From: an uncultured Acidobacteriota bacterium
GTDB taxonomy: Bacteria > Acidobacteriota > Thermoanaerobaculia > Gp7-AA8
Assembly (NCBI GenBank): GCA_963741955.1
Contig: CAVUKB010000010.1
Coordinates: forward strand, 352,001 to 416,000
Direction of reading: 5' to 3'
Length of the DNA: 64,000 bases
Part shown: one piece after another, positions 58,453 to 64,000 of the stretch
Numbering within the stretch: position 1 is the first letter of the stretch
Layout: every line of letters starts with the position of its first letter
The notes under the pieces: generated by a model
Told to the model about the DNA's origin: nothing
Seen by the model: the letters and a program-made list of their open reading frames with translations, nothing else
Databases searched by the model: none
Translations under genes and position numbers: made by a program

Positions 58453-58866
58453 TCAGTTCTGCGAATTCAGCATCCGCCAGTCGGACTCGAAGGTCTGGAG
58501 CGGGCGGTTCGGCTGCAGCGAGAGTGCGTCGCCTGCGGTTTCCGCCATCGCGCGGAACTTTTCGAGAAGGGCCCGCCGCGCAAGGTTCGGAAGAAGACGG
58601 ATCTCGTCGAGAAGGAGGCGCTCATCTTCGGAAGGGTCAGGGCTGAAGATCTCCTCGTCGGAGAACCCGAAGAATTCACGGTCCGAGACTCCGAACGCTG
58701 CGAGCAGACTCTCGAGCTGACCGATCTTCATCGATTCGATTCGATCTCCCGTCTCGAACGAGCTGATCGACTTGACTCCGATTCCAGAGCGCGCAGCCAG
58801 CTCCTGCTGGGTCCATCCGCGCTCGATCCGCAGATCTCGAAGCTTCAGTACGACGTGCGTTCTCAT
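58453..58866 (-). CDS. XRE-family HTH transcriptional regulator
   Basis: LRDLRIERGWTQQELAARSGI...ISSFETG. Confidence 0.85.
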   Translation of the reverse strand: MRTHVVLKLRDLRIERGWTQQELAARSGIGVKSISSFETGDRIESMKIGQLESLLAAFGVSDREFFGFSDEEIFSPDPSEDERLLLDEIRLLPNLARRALLEKFRAMAETAGDALSLQPNRPLQTFESDWRMLNSQN

Positions 58867-58902
58867 CGTGCTTCCTCCTCCCTGGTCGACGCATCTCGCC
58901 GG

Positions 58903-59506
58903 TCAGAACCGACGCATCAGTCCGATCACCCGTCCCTGAATCACGACGTCCGAAGCCCGGGCGAAGATCGGCGCCATCGCCGCGTTCGCCGGCTGCAGCC
59001 GGACCCGTTCCCCTTCGCGGTAGAACCGCTTGAGGGTCACCTCTCCAGCGACCATCGCGACGACCATCTGACCGTTTTCCGCCGATCTGGCTGCGCTCGA
59101 TGATCACGAAGTCGCCGTCGAGGATTCCGTCCTCGATCATCGATTCTCCCCGCACCTTCAGCACGAAATTCTCACCCCGGCCGGTCAGAGAGTCGGGAAC
59201 GGCATAGGTTTCGGCGGTTTCGTGGACCTCCAGGGGGAGACCGGCCGCGATCGTGCCGAGCAGCGGAAGCTCCCGTACCGCCGGCCGTTCGTCGTCCTCC
59301 ACGATCTCCACGCTGCGCTTCTGGTTCCAGTCGCGGCGGATCAGCCCCTTCTTCTCCAGCAGCGAGAGGTGTTTATAGACCGTCCCGTAAGAGGAAAAGC
59401 CGAAGGCATCGCAGATCTCACGGTGCGTCGGGGCGACACCTTTCTTTTTCCGGAAACTCCGGATGAAATCGAGGATGTCGCGCTGTCTTTCCGTCAGGTA
59501 GGTCAT
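58903..59506 (-). CDS. lexA: LexA repressor; apparent +1 frameshift near 59082
   Basis: LTERQRDILDFI...PTHREI...HL..LEKKG; IAAG; VRGESM; in shifted frame ENGQMVVA...VTLKRFY...LQPAN...IQGRVIGLMRRF*. Confidence 0.9.
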
Positions 59507-60456
59507 GACCGCCTCCTCACCGCAAATATGAGCGGTAACGGGGCGTAAGTCAAGAGGAGAGGGGGAACAGGAGACGTAAAAAATCGCCCGATGGCTGTCA
59601 GTGGCTTGGGGTGTGCCGGCGGAAGCGCTGCCGACCACACTTCGATCCGGTTCCGGCCGCTCTCCTTGGCGGCGTAGAGGGCGCGATCGGCGCGCTCGAT
59701 GAGTGAGGCGGAGCTGAAGAGCGCTTCGCGCGGCACGTTGTCCGTCCCGGCGATCCCCACGGACGTGGTGATCCTGACCTCGGCGCCATCGACCCAGCAG
59801 GGGGTGTTCTCGACCCGCTTGCGGATCCGCTCGGCCACCGGATAGGTGTTGTCGAGCGTCGTTTCGGGGAGGAGAAGGCAGAACTCTTCTCCACCGTACC
59901 GGCCGGGAATGTCGTAGACGCGGCAGCTGTCGCGGACGACCTGTCCGATCACCTGGAGGACGCGGTCTCCGACCGGATGACCGAACGAGTCGTTCACCTG
60001 CTTGAAATGATCGAGATCGAGCATCATCAGGGTGAGGGGCTTCTCGTGACGGAGGGCACGGTTCATCTCCGACTCGATCTTGTCGAGCAGATACCAGCGG
60101 GCGTAGAGCCCGGTGAGTGAATCGCGGACCGACAGCTCGGTCAGGGCCCGGTTGCGAACCATCAGCTCCGCATTCTCGCGCTCGAGAAGGGCGAGTCGCT
60201 GCTCGAGGGAGCCGAGGTCCGCCCGGTTGGCCAGGTCCCGCGCGATCAGCCCGAGAAGCTCCGAGGCGAAGAGCCGCTCGACGCCGGCGAAACGGGAACC
60301 GTCCGCGGTGCGGAGGGCCAGATGGGAAAGAGCCCCGGGAGGGGCGTGGACGGAGACGTCGTTCTCGCCGTCGCCCTCGATCAGTTCGAGATTCTTGTCG
60401 AGCAACTGCGAGAATGCGTCGAGCACTGCAGCGATTCGGGGGTCGGCTCGTGGCAT
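59503..60456 (-). CDS. Diguanylate cyclase (GGDEF); true stop may be 59598 in a shifted frame
   Basis: DSLTGL, DLDHFKQVNDSFGH..GD, RYGGEEF, ADRALYAAKESGRN. Confidence 0.9.
   Translation of the reverse strand: MPRADPRIAAVLDAFSQLLDKNLELIEGDGENDVSVHAPPGALSHLALRTADGSRFAGVERLFASELLGLIARDLANRADLGSLEQRLALLERENAELMVRNRALTELSVRDSLTGLYARWYLLDKIESEMNRALRHEKPLTLMMLDLDHFKQVNDSFGHPVGDRVLQVIGQVVRDSCRVYDIPGRYGGEEFCLLLPETTLDNTYPVAERIRKRVENTPCWVDGAEVRITTSVGIAGTDNVPREALFSSASLIERADRALYAAKESGRNRIEVWSAALPPAHPKPLTAIGRFFTSPVPPLLLTYAPLPLIFAVRRRS
59519..59553 (-). promoter_or_regulatory. lexA sigma70 promoter (TTGACT-N17-CATATT) with overlapping ACCGC-N8-GCGGT palindrome
   Basis: Read directly; -35 at 59548-59553, -10 at 59525-59530, GAGGAGG RBS downstream. 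Confidence 0.65.
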
Positions 60457-60529
60457 GTGCGCTCCCGGTCGAGAATGAGGATTTTTGGGAAAGTATATCG
60501 CGCGAGCGCGAATTTCTCACGCCATCTCA

Positions 60530-60618
60530 GCTGCGCTTCTGCCGGGGACGCGGGTGAGGCTGCGGTCGCGCACGCGCCGTAATCCACGTGGCGGATCGGA
60601 GGATCCGTGCCCCCGGCA
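60530..60618. repeat. Degenerate family B REP-like copy
   Basis: GCGGTCGCGCACGCGCCG...GGCGGATCGGAGGATCCGTGCCCCCGGCA resembles 16132-16189. Confidence 0.7.
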
Positions 60619-60677
60619 TTTCTGCCCGGAGTGCAGATCGCGCTGCATGCGATGATGAGAAGCCGAAGCTCTCGCGG

Positions 60678-61625
60678 TCAACGCTCTTCGAGCCGGAAGC
60701 GGTTCACTCCGGCGCGGATCTCGTCACCCGGATGGATCTTCGCGTTTCGCGCAGGGAGGGTGTTCAGGAAGGTGCCGTTCCGGCTGCCGAGGTCGCGGAT
60801 CCGGAGGCTCCCTTCAGGATCCCGGAAGAGGACGAAGTGCTTGCGGGAGAGGAACTCGTCCGGAACGCGGAGTGCGCCCTCCCGGCCGACCACGATCCCT
60901 TCCTGCGGAACCTCGAAGTCTCTCCCGATCAGCGGTCCCTCGATGCAGTGGAGGACTATTTTCTTCGTCGCGGCCGATCTCGCGGCCCTTGCATGAAGCT
61001 TCCGCAGCAGTTGAGGCGATGCCTCCAGGAGGTCTCCCGTGTCGAGCGTGACGGGCTCCACCGGAATCCCCGGCTCGTCGGTGGCCTCCACGCAGACCAG
61101 CGCAGATCCGATGCGGATCAGGTGTGTTCCTTCGCCGATCACCGCCTCGTACACCGGTTCACCGTCGAAAAACGTACCGGTGTGGGAATCCGCGTCGCGG
61201 AGAATCAGCTCGCCTCCGCGCTGACCGATCGAACAGTGACGGATGGAGAGCTCCGCGTCGTCAATCTCGACCTGGCAGCCCTTCCGCCCGATCCAGAGCG
61301 GATGCTGACCGATCGAGTAGACCGTGTTGATCGACTCTTCAGCTCCGAGAGCGATCAGGCGGAGCGAGCGTGGCGCTTCGGCCTCCCAGGGCGCCTCGTC
61401 GGTCCGCTCGACGATCATCGGTGCCGCTTCGGCCTCCACCCTGAATGCCGACATGTCGATCTCGTGCAGATTCCCCGTTTCCGCGAAGCGGGCGAGAAGT
61501 GCGGCGCGGTTGCCGGAGAGGAGATCGCCGCACTCGCATGGCGCGATGGAAGTCGGCAGCGTGACCGCGACTGCGGGAGGGACTTCGTACGCCCGGCCGC
61601 AGCTCTGACATCGAATCACCGGCAT
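60678..61625 (-). CDS. Tandem FHA domain protein with N-terminal Cys-rich zinc-ribbon-like segment
   Basis: MPVIRCQSC...CECG; IGRK...LSIRH...DADSHTGT and VGRE...LSRKH...DLGSRNGT. Confidence 0.85.
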   Translation of the reverse strand: MPVIRCQSCGRAYEVPPAVAVTLPTSIAPCECGDLLSGNRAALLARFAETGNLHEIDMSAFRVEAEAAPMIVERTDEAPWEAEAPRSLRLIALGAEESINTVYSIGQHPLWIGRKGCQVEIDDAELSIRHCSIGQRGGELILRDADSHTGTFFDGEPVYEAVIGEGTHLIRIGSALVCVEATDEPGIPVEPVTLDTGDLLEASPQLLRKLHARAARSAATKKIVLHCIEGPLIGRDFEVPQEGIVVGREGALRVPDEFLSRKHFVLFRDPEGSLRIRDLGSRNGTFLNTLPARNAKIHPGDEIRAGVNRFRLEER

Positions 61626-61645
61626 CGCCGAGATGATAGCAGGGA

Positions 61646-61860
61646 GATCGAGGATCGAGGATCGAAAGCATCGAGTATCTGAGAGGCATCGAGGATCGAG
61701 GATCGAGGATTGAGGATCTGAAAGGCATTGGCGATCGAGGATCGGGGATCGAGGATCGAGGATCTGAAAGGCATCGAGGATCTGAAAGGCATCGAGGATC
61801 TGAAAGGATTGGGGATCGAGGATCGAGGATCGAGGATCGTGGATCGTGGATTGTGGATCG
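61646..61860. repeat. GATCGAG heptamer repeats interspersed with GATCTGAAAGGCATCGAG 18-mers
   Basis: Read directly; intergenic between the divergent FHA and MCP genes. Confidence 0.9.
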
Positions 61861-62042
61861 CGGAGACTCGGCTGGACGACCGCAGATGGAACATCGAGGA
61901 GGGAGGAGTTCAGGGGCCGTTTTGCGGCGAGGGAAGAGCGTCGCGCTCTCCGATTCACGATCCATCTTCTCCGATCATCAATCTCCTCGAAATGGCTCAG
62001 CCGTATTGAACGGATGCCTGCGCAGGGAATACACTGTCCGCG

Positions 62043-64000
62043 ATGTCGAACGGTGTCAGCGGTTTCCGCTTCCGGCTGCGCAGCAAATTCGTCGTAGCCT
62101 TCACTCTCCAGACGCTCGTCATCGCGCTGCTGATCGTGATCATCCAGCAGATCGGCGTGCGACGCACGATCGAGAACCAGACCCGGATCCAGGCCGAAGC
62201 GATCGCCGATTCGCTCCAGGCGACGGCGGGCTACTACGTCATGTTCGGCCTCTCGGACGATCTGAAGGGGATCCTCGATAACATCTCGAAGAATCCGGCC
62301 ATCGAATACGCGGACTTCGTCTCGGGGGAAGGAAAGATCCTCGCCTCGATGCAGGCCGCGAAACGTCCGGCGGAGTTCGCGAAACTCCCGACCACCCGCT
62401 CCGCATGGAATGGCACGAGCCAGCTTTCGAATGGCGCGGTTCTCTATCTGAGCGTTCGTCCGATGTATGCGTCAGGCGAGGATCCCGCCTCTCCCAGCGC
62501 GAAACCGCACGGTTACGTCCGGCTCGCATTCAATCAGCACTACGTCAACGAGGCGCTGAAGGGAACCATCCTGAGCAACGTGCTGGTGATTCTTCTCGCC
62601 GTGGTGGTCGCGGCTGCGCTCGCACTCCTCGGTGCGCGTTTGATCGTCCGGCCGATCCTCAATCTCGCAGAGACGGCGAAAGAAGTCGCCGGGGGCGATC
62701 TGACTCGCCGGGCGGAGGTCACTTCGAACGACGAGCTGGGTGACCTCGCCAATGCGTTCAACTCCATGACATCCAGTCTCGAGGGGACCATCTCCAAGCT
62801 CTCCCAGTCGCAGGTGAAGGTTCGTGGAGTCGCGGACCTCGTCGCGAGCCGATCCGGCACGGTGATGGAGCGGATCGATGAACAGGGAGGGGTCCTCGAC
62901 GACACCTACTTCTCGATCGACAAACTCAATGGAGGGATTCGGAAGATCTCGGAGAACGTGGAGAGTCTTTCCGCATCCTCCGAGGAGACTTCGTCGTCGA
63001 TTCTGCAGATGGTCGCCTCGATCGAGGAGGTGACACGCCACACCGATACGCTCTTCGCGTCGGTCGAAGAGACCGCATCGGCCACCGAAGAGATGGTCTC
63101 GTCGATCAACGAGGTCGACCAGAACATGGATTTCCTCCAGAACTTCGTCACCGACACCTCCTCTTCGATGGTGCAGATGAGCGCCTCGATCGGCCAGGTG
63201 GAGACGAATGCCGCCAGGTCGTACGAGCTCGCGAACACGGTCGGCGAGGCAGCCGAGTCGGGGATGAAGGCGGTGCGGGAGACGATGGACGGGATGGAAC
63301 AGATCCGCCGCTCGGTCATCGACTCGAATGCCGTCGTCTCTCGTCTCGGTGACCGCTCGACGGAGATCGGGAAAATTCTCAGCGTGATCGAAGACGTGGC
63401 GGAGCAGACCAACCTTCTCGCACTGAACGCCGCGATCCTCGCGGCCCAGGCCGGCGAGCAGGGGAAAGGGTTTTCGGTCGTCGCCGCACAGATTCGCGAC
63501 CTCTCCGAGCGCACCGCGACCTCGACCAAAGAGATCGCGACCCTGATTCACTCGGTCCAGGAGGAAGTCTCCAACGTCCTCCACTCCATGGGCGGGGCCT
63601 CCCGCAACGTAGAGACCGGGGTCAACCTCGCGCACGAAGCGGGACGCGCCCTGAACCGGATCATCGAAGCGGCCACCCGTACCCTCGACATGACCCGGGA
63701 GATCGCTTCGGCGACGAAGGAGCAGGCGAAGGGGAGCGAGAATGTGACCGGCTCCATCGAGCGGGTCCGCGAGATGGTCAAGCAGATCAACGCGGCCACC
63801 ACGCAGCAGGCCACCGGGTCGGGTCACATCATGAAGGCGGTCGAATCGATGCGGGAGGTCACCCGCTACGTCCGTCAGGCCTCGACGGAACAGCAGACCG
63901 GTTCAGTGATGATCTCGAAGGCCGCCGAGACGATGATCGACATGGTGCACGAGATCCACGAAGTGACGTCCGGCCAGGCGGGTGAGAGCGAAAAGATCGT
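62043..64000 (+). CDS. Methyl-accepting chemotaxis protein (HAMP plus signalling domain); runs off window end
   Basis: MSNGVSGFRFRLRSKFVVAF TM; HAMP (GGDLTRR...DELGDLANAFNSM); QTNLLALNAAILAAQAGEQGKGFSVVA. Confidence 0.92.
   Translation, partial: MSNGVSGFRFRLRSKFVVAFTLQTLVIALLIVIIQQIGVRRTIENQTRIQAEAIADSLQATAGYYVMFGLSDDLKGILDNISKNPAIEYADFVSGEGKILASMQAAKRPAEFAKLPTTRSAWNGTSQLSNGAVLYLSVRPMYASGEDPASPSAKPHGYVRLAFNQHYVNEALKGTILSNVLVILLAVVVAAALALLGARLIVRPILNLAETAKEVAGGDLTRRAEVTSNDELGDLANAFNSMTSSLEGTISKLSQSQVKVRGVADLVASRSGTVMERIDEQGGVLDDTYFSIDKLNGGIRKISENVESLSASSEETSSSILQMVASIEEVTRHTDTLFASVEETASATEEMVSSINEVDQNMDFLQNFVTDTSSSMVQMSASIGQVETNAARSYELANTVGEAAESGMKAVRETMDGMEQIRRSVIDSNAVVSRLGDRSTEIGKILSVIEDVAEQTNLLALNAAILAAQAGEQGKGFSVVAAQIRDLSERTATSTKEIATLIHSVQEEVSNVLHSMGGASRNVETGVNLAHEAGRALNRIIEAATRTLDMTREIASATKEQAKGSENVTGSIERVREMVKQINAATTQQATGSGHIMKAVESMREVTRYVRQASTEQQTGSVMISKAAETMIDMVHEIHEVTSGQAGESEKI

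Noticed and set aside
58676-60520. 614-aa LexA fusion protein
   Set aside because: The upstream part is an alternate frame of the GGDEF gene; lexA has its own promoter, RBS and ATG at 59506
61626-61958. Repeat-encoded N-terminal extension of the FHA protein (SSILDPR repeats)
   Set aside because: Translation of heptamer repeats; the domain-bearing protein begins at MPVIRC (61625)

Overview
GC-rich bacterial chromosomal window, probably Acidobacteriota (Thermoanaerobaculia-like). That assignment is inferred from the Acidobacterial-type VWA protein, Oar-like TonB receptors and sulfatase-TPR lipoproteins. Core content: a partial M13 peptidase, pqiABC, a polyphosphate cluster (CHAD, ppx, sixA, ppk1), a Spy/CpxP-MacAB-type operon with a divergent LytS/LytTR pair, valS-birA-coaX-ggt-rpiA, tsaD, two tandem TonB-dependent receptors followed by two tandem sulfatase-like/TPR lipoproteins, an FHA-GGDEF-lexA-XRE cluster and a partial chemoreceptor. 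Three regions stand out. (1) An accessory island at 4.5-12.9 kb has three copies of the same internal RHS segment, each ending at or near a REP-like element, alternating with cargo (HicBA, an Imm49-like gene, a TcmP + DUF5131 pair), plus a decayed REP-associated tyrosine transposase. (2) A 1.5 kb array at 27.7-29.3 kb contains about 4.6 copies of a 327-328 bp mosaic palindromic unit. (3) A multi-hairpin, terminator-ended candidate ncRNA lies at 45.36-45.54 kb. Several genes have single-base frameshifts (hicA, ppx, the second sulfatase, lexA, possibly the GGDEF gene), which may be long-read indel errors. All family calls are by eye; no searches were run.
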